The translations under genes and the position numbers were made by a program. A stretch of DNA of 64,000 nt from the human T2T-CHM13v2.0 reference genome, Homo sapiens. Position 1 is the first letter of the stretch. The number at the start of each line of letters is the position of its first letter. Where the stretch lies: assembly GCF_009914755.1 (NCBI RefSeq), contig NC_060926.1; one strand, given 5' to 3'. This document shows, piece after piece, positions 11,540 through 26,261 of the stretch. The notes beneath the pieces were generated by a model. That model did no database searches and was not told the DNA's origin. It saw only the letters and a program-made list of their open reading frames with translations.

Positions 11540-12147
11540 GTTGCTTAAAAGTATTATTTTAAAGTAATACATATGTGCAGTAAAAAAAAAGAAGTTGCTA
11601 TGTCATAGAGTGGCATTAAATGAAAAGACTGTGTCCTGTGTGGTATCCACTTCTCTGCCCCAGCGGTATCCACTTATGGATTATAAGTTTTAGGTTACAC
11701 AAATCATGCGTGAACATGATTGTAAAAATTTCAAACCATACAGCATACAGATAAGCTTGAGTCCCTCTTGACTATCACCCCAATTACATTGCCCTTCTCA
11801 GAGGTAACCACCATTGTTAACACTGATTGGTTTTCTCCCAGATCTCTATGATCTTTATAAGTATGCATGTTTTGGTTTTTATTTTACAGAAATGGTACAC
11901 CACATTTGTTATCTAGCTTCTTGCTTTTTTGACTTAACAATATGTTTTGAGCATCTTTCCATGTCAGTAAATATATCTTCATTTTGCTTCTTTAAACTGC
12001 TGTACACTATGAATGTGGGATAATTTATTTATGTACAATAAACATTTAGACACTTCCAATTCTTTGTTATTACAACACGGAGCTGCAATGAACATCATTG
12101 TCCCTACTTTTTGGTATATATGTGGAAGTTTTTCTCTGAAATAGATA
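11540..12147 (-). mobile_element. old L1 (L1ME-like) 3' fragments
   Basis: CAGAGGTAACCACCATTGTT, AACATTTAGACACTTCCAATT and GCTGCAATGAACATC antisense L1 motifs. Confidence 0.6.
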
Positions 12148-12167
12148 AAAAGTATCAATTTTCAGTT

Positions 12168-12317
<150 letters not shown>

Positions 12318-12339
12318 TTATTTGTATTTTTAGTTTTGT

Positions 12340-12641
12340 GGTTTTTGTTTGTTTGTTTTTTGAGACAGGGTCTCATTCTGTTGCCCAGGCTGGAGTGCAG
12401 TGGCGCAATCTCAGCTCAACCTCTGTCTCCCAGGCTCAAGTGATTCTCCTGCCTCAGCCTCCCAAATAGCTCGGACTATAGGCATGTGCCACCACGCCCA
12501 GCTAATTTTTTTTGTATTTTTGGTAGAGACAAGGTTTCGCCATGTTGGCCAGGCTGGTCTCGAATTCCTGACCTCAAGTGATCTGCCCGCCTTGGGCTCC
12601 CAAAGTGTTGGGATTACAGGCGTAAGCCACCACAGCTGGCC
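12340..12641 (-). mobile_element. Alu (S-type)
   Basis: Full antisense dimer. Confidence 0.95.
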
Positions 12642-13649
12642 TATTTTTAGTTCTTTTGTTGGCTAGTTATCATGATCATTTAGAACAATATGCCAATTAT
12701 TTATTTCTTGATTTACCAAATATAGATCTTATCAATTGACTTCTTACTAGGAAAGATGAGGAATTTAGCCATATATATGATGTTTCACTCCCAAGTTTTA
12801 TTAATTATATTTTTATTATTGGCTCTTCTATTGATTACCTTTACAACTTTATAGAAGAACTTAAGTGTCTAGTTCTTATACAGTCAACTTTAGGCAATAT
12901 CTTTTCATTCTCTATGATTAACAATGAAGATATTAACATTTCTACTTCATCTGCTCTTCTCTTCTCCCAACCTGGATCAGTTATAGTACTACTTTTCCTC
13001 TGTCCAGGTGTATAAATTTTCCATTCTATTCTATAATTATTTCATTACTTCTTATACAACTGTGCCTTCATCTTTTATGTGCTTTTGGGGCTACCAAATG
13101 CGCTGCTTTTACCTGTAAATTAAATCTTAATCACTCTCTCTTTTCCAGAAAGTCATCAAATTCACTGGTATATTAATGGATTCTCCCTTCTATTCTTTTT
13201 TGTCTATCTTTAATATTGTTTCAGTAAGAATTTGGATGAAGGGATTGTAAATGCATGAGTCCAGACATCCATCTTGAACCACACAAAGCAGGAATTTTAA
13301 AAAGATCCTCTTTAGTATCGCTGTTTCTTTTAAGGCATTTTCAACATTTCATGGCAGCCAGTTTAAGCAAACAAGGCAATTCGTAGTTTTTAATTAGCTA
13401 GAGACAAATGAAAGTGATCTATAAAAACCACAGAAGCAAATCTTAAAACCCAGCAAAAATGGTGTTCATCACCGATTCTGTTACAAGACACCTAGTTTAA
13501 AAACTTACCTCTAACTCTTATCTGTCATCTTGGATAACAAGGGGAGGGACTGGGGGAAACCCCAGTGATCATAACGGAGCTAGGAAGATAGGTCGTTTAA
13601 TGGCGCATGCTGTACTGGGGCTGCCTCCGAGAACTGGCACTGCTCACAG

Positions 13650-13875
13650 TCCAGGGAAAGGCAGTGATTCCGAATTTGGAATCCAGGAATTCTGACACTT
13701 CAGAGCTGCATGAGTTTTCGCTACTTAATTTCTTAAGTTTCAGCTTCCTTATCTATAAAGTAGGAGTAATAATAGTGTCCACCTCATAGGGTTGTTATGG
13801 GTATTAAACAAAAATACACGTAAAGCATTTGGTTCAACGCCGACAAATACTAAGCATTCAATAAACGTTAGTTGT
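13650..13875 (+). mobile_element. MIR
   Basis: TTTCAGCTTCCTTATCTATAAAGTAGGAGTAATAATAG..CTCATAGGGTTGTTATG..TAAGCATTCAATAAACGTTAG. Confidence 0.85.
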
Positions 13876-14934
13876 TTTTATAATGGACCTTGCATTCTGA
13901 ATATCACAGTCCTTTATGGAATTCCAGAAGGAAACAATATGATCCCGACCCTCCATGGAGCTCCTAGTCTAAGATGGAGATGCGGCCAATATTTTCACTC
14001 ATGGCAAGAGTTTAATGGATATCTGTTGGATAAGGAATTGGAAAACCCACTGGTCCAGATGGAAGAGATAGCTCTTCCTTTCAGCGAATACTCAGTCTCA
14101 GGGAATTTCTATTTCTTAGGGAATATGTGAGAAATAAGACATATATTATATAAACAAATATGGAGTACATTTAATCACAGTTCACTCATATAATTCTTTC
14201 CGCCAATATTTGTTACTCTTTTCTATGTGAAGAAATTATGTTAGAAAATGTAACAAGATATACTTCCTGCCTTCGAAGGGATTAAAGTCTAGTAGATAAG
14301 ATTTATACACAGAGCTAAATACATCAATGTGAGGACATTACTGATTAACTGGGGTAAGGCAATTTTCCAATTTTTCACCTCATTCCCATGTCCGAGTCCT
14401 CCCTCCCCTCTTTGGTCACCAGCTATCTCTTATGATGTGTCTGTAGCAATGTTTATTTCTGAGGTCATAAAAAATTCATGTGACCTGTGTCTGAAAAAAA
14501 ATGGGATAGGTACATAGCTTCCTACCTCCCTAGATAAATCCATGGGTTTAATCTCCTTTTAGGCCAATGAATTTCCCAGAGACTACACATTCATATTGAC
14601 CTCCTAACCCTAACCATTCATCGATTTCTTTTCTATGTGATAGAAACCTTTCACTTCATTAGTTATCTTATTAATACATACCTATGGAGAAGTTGGGAAA
14701 AGTCTTCTGCTTGTACTTTTTCTCCACCATCACCTCAAAGTCAGTGTGTTATATTTCTGGAGGGAGAAAATGGTGTGAAGAAAAAAAAAGTGAAGCCAGA
14801 CACACATGGGTCCAAATCCAGTCTATCCCTTACCATAGTAATGGAATTTTTAGCTGGCTATGAGGTTGCCTGGAGTAGAACAAGCCCTCCTTGTCTAGGT
14901 AAATAAATTCTGGTCAAAGAGATGTAGGTGGAAG

Positions 14935-15800
14935 CAGTGGTATGCTGGTAAATGTGCAGCTGGCTGTACACACACACACTGATCGCACAGTGGTGAGATC
15001 ATGACTCCTGCAGCCTTGACTTTCTGGCCTCAAGCGATCCTCCCACCTTAGCCTGCTCGGTAGCTGGGACTACAGGTGAGTGCCACCATGCCCGGCTAAT
15101 TTTTACAAAAATTGTGTAGAGACAAGGTCTTGCTTTGTTGCCCAGGCTTGTCTTAAACTCCTGGGGTCAAGCAATTCTCTCTTCTCGACCTCTCAAACTG
15201 CTAGGATTATAGGCATGAGCCACCATGTACTGCCCAGAAGGGTTTGATTAATTTTTGCTGAACTCTTACATCTGTATGCAACCTATGCAATTCCACCATG
15301 GCTTGACAAATGGAGTTGCATTCCAATTCACTAAGTCTTTCCCTAATAGTTGTATTGTTATTAAACCTGAGATGTGATCTACTATTAAACTATTTTTCAC
15401 CCTTGTACAAATTATATTCATTAAATGGAAATCTCAGCTTCAGCACTATATATCAGAACTTCACTTATTTATCAGTGAGGGAAGTGATTTCTCTGCTGAA
15501 TTGAATAACAATTTCTAAATACTGGAATAATATTTCCTTAATGTTTTATTCTATTCATAATGTAATCGTTACAGACACACCATGCTTTTAAGTTGAATCT
15601 ACATTTCTAACATTTTTCTCTATCATGTTCTTAAGTTTCGACCATCAATAAAGTAGTAAATCAAACCCTGACCTGCAGCAGTTGCTGATTTCTATGGTGC
15701 AAATATTCCCATCATGTCTATGTTCAAACTGCCAGGAGGTCACTGAACACAGAGTTGGGAAGAAATATGCAGTGTTTCTACCATATGAATGCAATAGATC
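14935..15800. mobile_element. hAT-Tip100 DNA transposon (Arthur1-like), interrupted by an Alu
   Basis: Start CAGTGGTATGCTGGTAAATG; end GTCACTGAACACAGAGTTGGGAAGA..ACCATATGAATGCAATAGA. Confidence 0.6.
14985..15236 (-). mobile_element. AluJ-type, 3' end missing
   Basis: Antisense Alu with J diagnostics (CTGCAGCCTTGAC, CAAGCGATCCTCCCACCT). Confidence 0.9.
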
Positions 15801-16539
15801 TTTTGTATCTTTATGGTTATTTGGAATACTTCTCTGAATTGCCTATTCATATTTTCTTATCATTTTTCAATTAGGTTGTTTCTTTTTCTCTCACTTGTAA
15901 GAACTCTTTGTATATTATCAGTCATATGTATCATTTGTCAAAAGAATGTAAACTCCATGAATGCAGGGATGTTGTTTGCTTTATTTAGCACTGAAATCCC
16001 ACAGCACCTATCACATAAAAGTTATTCAAGCAAATATTTGTTAACTGAATAAATGTGTTGCAAATATTTCCCCAGACAATCACTTGTCTTTTTACTTTTA
16101 TGCTTATGTTTTTTGCTATACAAAAATGTTAAATTGTATGTTGTCAAATATGTCTGCCTTTTTCATTTATTGCATCTGAGTTTTCTGTCCTATTTAAAAA
16201 TGTTTCTCTCATCTCAAGGTTGATTATTCTCCTAAATTTTCTAAAAATTTTATTTACTTTTTTGCTACATTCAAATCTGGAATCCATCTGGAATTTATTT
16301 TGGTATACGACATGGATTTCTTCCAGATGGCTGGCCCATTGTGCCACTTCTGTAAATAAATTACTTTTCTCCACTAAACTAAAATTCTACCTTTATGGTA
16401 CATTAAGTTTCCATGTATACTGGACTCTATTTATGGTTCTTTACTTTGTTCTCTTATATATTTGCTTACTTCTGGACCTTTGTGGTACTCTTTTGATGCA
16501 CTGACTTTATGGTAATTGTAATATAATAACATGCTGCAA

Positions 16540-16765
16540 ATTGTAGTATTTGCCATATATTATTCTGAGGAATTTACATTAAATCCTCACACAAACTGTA
16601 TGAGGTAGGTACTATAAATATCCCCATTTTACTGATAATGAAAGTAAGGGACAGAGAGGTTAACAAACATGCCCAGCATCATACCACCACTAACAAGCAA
16701 AGCCTTAGTTTAATCCATGCATTGTAGTTCCAGAGTCCATGTTCTTAACCGTTATGCCAAAGTGC
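16540..16765 (-). mobile_element. MIR
   Basis: AATCCTCACACAAACTGTATGAGGTAGGTACTAT..CCCCATTTTACTGAT..AGAGAGGTTAACAAAC. Confidence 0.85.
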
Positions 16766-16799
16766 TTCCCTGTACAGCATGTGACCCTTTACTTATCTT

Positions 16800-17329
<530 letters not shown>

Positions 17330-18577
17330 TAAAATAATTTTGTCAGTTCAAAAATTAAAAAAACTCTATTGGAATTCTGATTAGAATTGCATTAACTTTA
17401 TGTATTAATTTTGAGAGGCACATATTTTTATAAATTAGGTTTTCCATTTAGGTACATGATAAACTTTTCTGTATGTTCAAGTCTTATTTTATGTATTCTT
17501 CATTAAGATTTTATAGTGTCTATTATACAGGTCCTATACCTAATAACATTTTATCAAAATATTTTTTAAGTTTTGTCACTGTGAATGAAATTTTCCCCCA
17601 CTGTGAAAAGTATAGAAGAAAACTTATCAATTTTTTGTTCATGTGTGTGTAATGTGTGTATGTGTATACATAGTGCTCACTCATCAAATTCTCTCATTAA
17701 TTTTATAGTGTTTTACATTTTATCACTTAAGTTTTCTAGGTTCACAATTACATCCCTTGCAGTCGAAATAATACTGTTCTCTGCCTATCTTTTCCTTCCT
17801 TCCTTCTCTCCTTCCTTCCAACTTTTCATGTGAGAATATAATCCCAGGTTGCCATATCATTCAGTCTTTTAAAAGGAACTAGATAGGCTCTTAGGAGGAT
17901 CTGGAAAAAAAAATAATAAAAGGAATTACAAACTTGATTTTAATATTAGATCTTCTAATTTAAATATTGTTTTGAATTTTGAAAAGTACTTTTCAGGTCA
18001 AACAACAAAAGGCTAGAAGATGCCAGTTTTTTTTTAAATTTTATTTTTATTGAGATATTGTCCTTTATTTTAACATATTTGCAGTAACTATATATTTTTT
18101 TACACTCTATGCTATTAGCTATGACCTTCAAAATATTGAGTTTTAATGGTGATAGCATTACTATTTGGTTTTGCTTTTAATAGCAATGGCTTAGTAAATT
18201 CACTTTTTAGCATGATTATTGCTATTAATTTTTGGTAATAGGGCTTATCATAATTAAGTAGTTTTCCTTAAGTCTTTATTAGAAATAGATGTTGATATTT
18301 TTCTCTTTTACTTGTTAATAACATTAATTATATTGATACATTTGCTACACTTAACTCAGTCTTGAATTCTTGGAATAAACCTAACACACCATGGTGTATT
18401 ATATTTTTTGATATACTAATAAATTTAATTTTTCATATTTCATTTAGATTTTAAAAATCTTCCTCATAAGTAAGATTGGTCTATTATGGTCATTTGGGGG
18501 AGGAGTTCTATTTGTATGAGGTTTAAGTATTAAAGTTATGTTAGCTTCATAAAATAATGACTTTTACATATTTTTAA

Positions 18578-20068
18578 TTTGTCACCACTAGACCAGCCCT
18601 ACAAGAAATGCTAAAAGAAGTTCTAAATATTGAAACAAAAGTTTGATATGCATCAGTATGAAAACCCCTTGAAAGCATAAAACTCACAGGGCTTATAAAA
18701 CAGTAATACAATGAAGAAAATAAAGCAACCAGGTAACAGCATGATGACTGGAACAGTACTTAACATATCAATATGAATGTTGAATGTAAATGTTTCTACA
18801 TGCCCCATTTAAAAGATACAGATTGGCAGAATGAATTAAAAAAACACACAAACCAAATATCTGCTGTCTTCAAGAGACCCACCCAACGTGTAAAGATTCT
18901 TACAGGCTCAAGGTAAATGGAAAAAATATTCCATGCAAATGGAAACCAAAGGCAAGCAGGAATAGCTATTCTTATATCAGATAAAACAGACTTTAAAGCA
19001 ATAATAGTAAAACAAAAAAGAGAGAACGATAAGGTCTTTATATAATGATAAAGGGATCAATACAACAAGAAAATATAACAATCCTAAATATATATGCACC
19101 TAAGTCTGGAGATCCTAGATTCATATAACAATTACTACTAGACCTAAGAAGAGAGATAGACAGAAACACAATAGTAGTGGGAGACTTCAACACTCCACTG
19201 ACAGCACTAGACAGTCATTGAGGGAGAAAGTCAACAAAGAAACACTGGGTTTAAACTGGATTACAGAAGAAATAAACTTAACAGACTTTTACAAAACATT
19301 CTACTGACAAACTGCAGAATATACATTTTTCTCATTAGCACATAGAACATTTTCCAAGATGGACCATATGATAGGCCACAAAACAAGTCTCAATAAATTT
19401 TAAAACAGAAATCATATCAAGTATCTTCTCAGACCACAATGGAATTAAACTAGAAATCAATTCCAAGGAAAACCCTACAAACTTTACAAATACATGGAAA
19501 TTAAACAATTTGCTCCTGCATGATCTTTGGTTAAACAATGAAATCAAGATGGAGATTAAAATAATTTTCAAAATGAACAACAGTGAGACAAATTATCAGA
19601 ACCTCTGGGATATAGCAAAAGCAGTGCTAAGAGGAAAGTTTATTGCACTAAATGCCTGTGCCAAAAAGACAAAGATCACAGATTGACAAACATAACATCA
19701 CACATCAAGGAACTAGAGAAACAAGAACAAACCAAACCCAGAGCTAGCAAAAGAAAAGAAATAACAAAGATCAGAGTAGAACTAAATGAAATTGAAACAA
19801 AAAAATATATAAAGGATCAATGAAACAAAGAGTTGGTTCTCTGAAAATAAAAACAAAATGGATAGACCACTGGCTAGATTAACCAAATAAAGAACAGAGA
19901 AGATTCAAATACACTCAATCAGAAATTAAAATGGAGACATTACAACTGACACCACAGAAATACAAAGATCATTTGAGACTACTGTGAACACCTCTATGCA
20001 CACCGACTAGAAAATCTAGAGGAAATGGATAAATTCTTGGAAACATACAACTCTCCAAGCTTGAATCT
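18578..20068 (+). mobile_element. L1 (L1PB/L1MA-age) internal fragment: ORF1 end, spacer and ORF2 endonuclease region
   Basis: TTTGTCACCACTAGACCAGCCCTACAAGAAATGCTAAAAG (ORF1 end); ATGATGACTGGAACAGTAC (ORF2 start ~18741); GTGGGAGACTTCAACACTCCACTG (GDFNTPL); TCAGACCACAATGGAATTAAACTAGAAATC (SDH motif). Confidence 0.9.
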
Positions 20069-20920
20069 GGTATGAGATCATTTAAATAGCACTGGAATAA
20101 CTGATTATTTAAAAGTTAGCTATAACTTAATTGCAAGACTGTTAGAACCTACTGACTTAAAAAACATAGACCCTTAATTACCTTTAAAACTTTAAAAAAG
20201 CATAATTGGTTTATATGAATTTCCTGTTTCTTCTTGGGACAATTTATATTTTTATAACCAGTGTGTTGAACAAAAACTCCTGAGTGAAATTTTGCTTTTC
20301 AACTGTCCCTTTAATCCTGCCCAGTGGGGTAGTCTTGGATAGGTCTAACTTAGGCAGGTCTTAGAAAACAGAAAGTTCAAAATCACCCAGAGTCACAAAA
20401 ACAATCCCAATTGTTTAATTACACTAGTTCAAAACACTAATTAACACTTAGTCCTCTTTAAAAGGCATGACTTTTCCCCTGCTTTTCCATCTGGGGTAGG
20501 CAGTAAGTAGGAGAATGTGCTCAGCTTTCTTTGGTTGCTGTAGTTGCTGCTGCCACTTTGTTCTTTTGTTCTTTTTTTTTTTTCAGGGGGAAAATATATA
20601 ACTTTATTTTAACATAATAATTAAATTCCTCCACAGAATAGGGACACTATGGGATTTGTTTTTCCATTTAATAAATACAAATGAATAAAAATTGTTTTGT
20701 ACAGAGAATGCTTCTTCTCTCTCTCCATGTCTCATAGAAGCCTGCAGGCAATTACCTGCCCCTCTGGGGCCTATGATCACAGCCCCTGTATATTCACACA
20801 AACCACTTTTCTTTACCCTGTGGGCTACATCTCATTTGCCTGCAAATATTACTTAGGTACAATAACTCTCCTTTCCACATCTTCCAAATACAAGTTCTTG
20901 TACTGCATTTCAAATTTTCA

Positions 20921-21331
<411 letters not shown>

Positions 21332-22155
21332 TCAACCATGACATTATGTGTGAGGTCTCAGTTAAACAGACTACAGTCCACTGGATCTATTCTGAAAGAG
21401 AAGAAAAGGATCATGTAAAATCTACTGTATGCTTCATAAACCATCCCTTATTTGAAAAATAGAAATTCCTATTTAAATTTAACCTGTTTGAAATAGGCCA
21501 AATATTTGATTCTGCATGCAATAGATCTGTTGCTGCTTAGAATGTGACTTCCTGACCCTGTGCTGCTCAACTGGCCATGTTAGAGAACATTAGAATCACA
21601 TCAAAATCATAAGTCACAAAAAAGTGGTCTGTCTCCAGCCTGGGGCCAGGGGACCCCACATGCCTACCTCCACAAGCCCATTCACGTTTGGGGACAAGGC
21701 ACTCCTCTGTGCTCTGAGCTAAGTAATGGCAGAGTCCCTCTGTGAGTTTTGAAGAATGATTTTGTGCCAATAGTTAAACTTCCAGTGCAACAACAAAAAA
21801 TGTACAAAATGCTAGAGCTTCTAGTTTTTAGATTGGAAATGAAAAACTCCTGTAGATCCAGAAGAAACTTTTACTGAAACCTTAAAGATTTCACTTGCAC
21901 CTGCTGTAGTAAAGCACTAGTAACTAAGACACAAATGTAAAATTTTGATAAATGTGATCAGGAAAATACTACCAGTCTTTGTGACCAGCAATAAATTTCT
22001 TTTCTATATGCCCCATTTCTTATTAATCCACATTAAATAAAAAGGCAATTCCTGAAAGTATTTCTAAGTGTGATGGTTTGTAATACAAAACAAATGAAAA
22101 AGATGTAACTAGATTATAAGAAAAACATTTGCTTGTAAAATATGAAATAAGAAAG

Positions 22156-22515
22156 GGGCCCAGCACAGTGGCTCACACCTGTAATCCCAGCACTTTGGGA
22201 GGCCGAGGCAGGCAGATCACCTGAGGTCAGGAGTTCAAAACCAGCCTGGTCAACATGGTGAAACCCCATCTCTACTAAAAATACAAAAAAAAAAAAAAAA
22301 AAAAAAATTAGCCAGGTGTGGTGGCAGGCGCCTGTAATCCCAGCTACTCAGGAGGCTGAGGCAGGAGAATCACTTGAACCTGATGGTTCAAGGTGGAAGT
22401 TGCAGTGAGCCTAAATGGCACCATTGCACTCCAGCCTCGGTGACAGAGTGAGACTCCGTCTCCAAAAACAAAACAAAAAAACAACAAAACAAAACAAATA
22501 AACAAACAAAACAAA
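22156..22515 (+). mobile_element. Alu (S-type) inserted in the retrocopy
   Basis: Full dimer with expanded middle A run; TSD-like AATAAGAAAGG/AATAAAAAGG. Confidence 0.95.
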
Positions 22516-23977
22516 GTAATAAAAAGGAAGCGATGGATTCCTCATGCGTGCACAGAGGGAACTAGGAGGGACCTACAAAGAGCACCCCAGCCCTTTCCCT
22601 GTGATGTAGCTACAAGGTCTCATTTCTTCGGAGGGAACATGGTTGGTATTCCATTATCTTCTGGAAGCCTGGCAGGTACAACCCCTCAACACTCCAGGCA
22701 GGAAGAGAATTCACAAGAAGTCATGAACTGCTGGGTTTGCTGGTGCTTCAGCTGGGAGAGGTAGTGCTAATAGCTTTGACAGTCTACCTGAACCACCTTG
22801 TGAGGAATGCTGTAAAATTGCAGTAAGCTGTCAGTATTTTACATAAGCTGCTTTGTTCTTGCTCTTGTTCTTGTTGTCTTCTTCCTCTCTCTCCTCCTGC
22901 TCTTCTTCCTCTTCTTCTTAACATTTTTTATTGTAAAATAAAACACAAATATGGAAATTTGCATAAAATAAACATATTAATTAATGAATTACTTGTAAGA
23001 CAAACACCCTTGAAACAATCACCCAAGTCAGGAAGTAGGACTTTGTCGGCCATCCCAGAAGCCTCATCCATGTGTCTCATTCCTGTCACACCTCTCTCTC
23101 CCTGCAACCACCATCCTGACTTTCAGAGTAATCACTTTCTTGTATTTTTCATAGTTTCATCACCTATGGTGCATCCCTAGACATGATTGATAGATAAGTC
23201 TTGTCTATTTAACATTTTTTTGCATGCTTTAAAAGTAATTTTTAAACTGTAGTTCCTCCTCCATGTCTTTCTTTTTCTTACAATTTGTCTTTTAAACACC
23301 CAAGATGTTTCATTTGTAGCATTTCCCAAGGTCTGGATGTTGCTGACTGCAAAGTCATGTGCAGGTCAACATATTCCTCTGGTCACTGTATTTTCTGAAA
23401 ATTGGCAACTGTATTCATGTATTTGTGGTTTCTATATCAACATTCCAGGTGGTGGCATTTTCTTTCACCAAGTGACACACAATTGCAGGGTTTTTTTCTG
23501 TTGTGGTATTAGCAGTGTCAATGACCAATGCTTGTGTCTATTAATTCAGTGTGGGTTTGAAAATGGTGATATTCTAATTCTACCATTTTGTTATTTTGTT
23601 TTCATTGTCACCTGCAATACTTTATGAAAAAATGCTTCCCATAACTACTTTTTGGTTATCCAGTGGTAAAAATGTATATAGGTAAGGCAGAATAAATGCT
23701 TGATTCTTTCTCTTTTATTTACTAGCTTTCAAGATAATGAATTAGTTTCCTATAATTCTCTGAAGGTTATCAATTTTTGGGTTCTTCAAATTTTGGGGAA
23801 TTTTTTGGGTTATCAAATTTGGGGGGAAAATGGGTTTTTCCCATTTTTTAAAAGTTGTGGTAAAATACACATAACATACAATGTACCATTAGTGACATTT
23901 AGTACATTCACAATGTTGTGCAACCATCACCGCTGTATAGTTCGGAACATTCGTTTATCGTCCCAAGAGGGACCTCC

Positions 23978-24448
23978 TGTGAACAAAAGTTTTGTGCAAA
24001 GGAATTTGGAAGAAAGAGACTTTATTCCAATGAACCGTTTGCAAACCAGGGAGACACAGCCTTCAGTGTAAAGCAAAGGTGCATTCCAGAGAACAAAGAG
24101 AGGGTTTGGGTATTATGGCAAAAGTTCCTTCCCAGGTTCTCACTCAGATTCCCTTATTTAATTGAAAGATTCAAACTTGCTTCATTCTGATTGGTTGATG
24201 AGCTGAGTTCTGATTGGTAGATAAAGCTGAACCCTGGTTGGCTGAGGCAGGTGAGTTCTGATTGGTTGATTTAGGTAAGCTCTGAAAGTCCTGAAATATA
24301 AAAGATATGAGACTAAGTGGAACTCAAGAGTACTTGTGTAACTTTTGGTCAGCAAATGGCCACTTGGCTCTGTTTTAAATATAGGCCCAGTTAGTCACTC
24401 AGGATCCATCTTGAAGGATTGGCTTTTTCAGGTTCACCTTTGTTCAAA
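23978..24448 (-). mobile_element. ERV1 solo LTR (MER31-like)
   Basis: Termini TGTGAACAAA...TTTGTTCAAA; internal array of CTGATTGG(T) repeats; TCAGCAAATGGCCACTTGGCTCT motif. Confidence 0.7.
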
Positions 24449-25680
24449 ACCCCTGATCTTTAAGCAGGCATTTCCCTTTCCTCCTGGCCCCTAGATAGTG
24501 GCAACCACTCATCTGCTTTCTGTCTATATGCATTTACATACTCTGGATATTTTATACAAATCACATAATATATGGCCTTTAGTGTCTGGCTTGATCAATT
24601 AGTTTTTTAAAAATATTATAAATTTGTGAATTTAGACATATTTAATGGATTTCAATCAATTACAGTTATTCTCTTTTGAAGCTCCAATTTTCTTATGGTT
24701 GGTCAGCATAAGTCTCTTCAAGGTGGCTTCTGGGTCCTTTCCATGTGATCATACTATTCCTTGGCAAATGGCATTACAGGATATTCTAGGCTTATCTTGC
24801 ATATTTGTTGCTGCAGACTCGTAATCAGCCATTTCTCTAAGAAACAGGTTTCTTCTAGTGAGTACATTTTGGGTACCAGATTAGCTCACTGCTATAGGAT
24901 TCGTCATTGTTTTCAGTTATTGTTTTCAGTGGACAAAGTTAGATGGTATCTATGTCTAAATCTATATTTTCTAAGATACAATACTCCATGAGTTTATAGT
25001 GATATTTCCAATTCAAATTCAGGTCTACAGGTTTTTACTTACCCTCTTTGATGTTATAATTGTATCTATTGATTTCCACACTAAGAATCCTGCTTCTCAA
25101 GGTCACACGGGATAATAGAACATCCCATGATTACTGATTTGTTTTATCCCATGTATCACACATACAATCTCAGTACAACAATATTTAGTGAGAACAATTA
25201 AAATGTTTTGTTTTACATTGTGTAATCCCTATTCCCCCTCATTTTTTTTTTACAATTGTACTATATCTACATTGCTTAAGCATATAAGCATTACATACTA
25301 TACCTGCTTCCTTATAACTCTCATTTAGTCTTAATTCCATAGATAATTATATATTGTATATTTAATGTTTACCAAAAGTCCTAATGTTGATATCTCTCCA
25401 GTCATTTTATTTGTCTAAAGTTCATTCTCTAGTAGATTTTGGGGAAGGGCTCATGGGTACAATATTCCCTGAATTGTTGCTTGTCAAAAATATTTTATCT
25501 ATGTCTTTTGTACTTGAAAGTCTGTTTTTCTGAATATAAAATACTTGGCTTAAATTTTCTGTTTTTGAGTATCTTAAATATGTTACATCACTTTTTTCTG
25601 CTGTTGAAAGTTTTGATGTTAATCTGATTTTCCTTACCTAATAGGCCACTTGCTGTTTTTGCCCAAATAACCAAGGGATG

Positions 25681-26064
25681 TTTTCTTTCTCTTTCCTTTC
25701 TTTTCTTTTTCTTTTCTTTCTTTCCTTCCTTCCTTCCTGCCTGCCTGCCTGCCTTTCTTTCCTTTCCTTCCTTTCTTTCTCTCTTTCTTTCTTTCCTTCC
25801 TTTCTTTCTTTCTTTTTCTTCTTTCTTTCCTTCCTTTCTTTCTCTCTCTCCCTTCCCTCCTTCCTTCCTTTCTTTTTCTTTTCTTTCTTTCCTTCCTTTC
25901 CTTTCTTTTTTCTTTTCTTTCCTTTCTTCTTTCTTTCCTTCCTTTCTTTCTCTCTCTTTTTCTTCTTTCTTTCCTTCCTTCCTTCCTCCTTTCCTTTCCT
26001 CTTTTTCTTTTTTTCTTTCTTCTCTCTTTCTTTCTTTCTTTCCTTCCTTCCTTCCCTCTTTCTT
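25681..26064. repeat. CT-rich polypyrimidine low-complexity tract
   Basis: ~380 bp of TTTC/TTCC/CCTG units. Confidence 0.95.
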
Positions 26065-26261
26065 TGTCATTCTAGAATATATCTTGGTGTTGGTTGTTCT
26101 GGGTTGATATTCTCAGGAACAGATGAGTCCTGTAGTTTCAAATCTTTCTGCGCTTCAGGAAAGTTTTTTCGATTAGATTTTTTAATAGTTGTTCTGCTCC
26201 CTTGCTTTGGTTTTCTCCCCCAGGATTTTTATTTTCTGTACGTAGAATCTTCTTTGCCTAT

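Noticed and set aside
24185-24275. Regularly spaced short repeats resembling a CRISPR-like array
   Set aside because: Eukaryotic LTR-internal CCAAT repeats; no unique spacers of CRISPR size and no cas genes.
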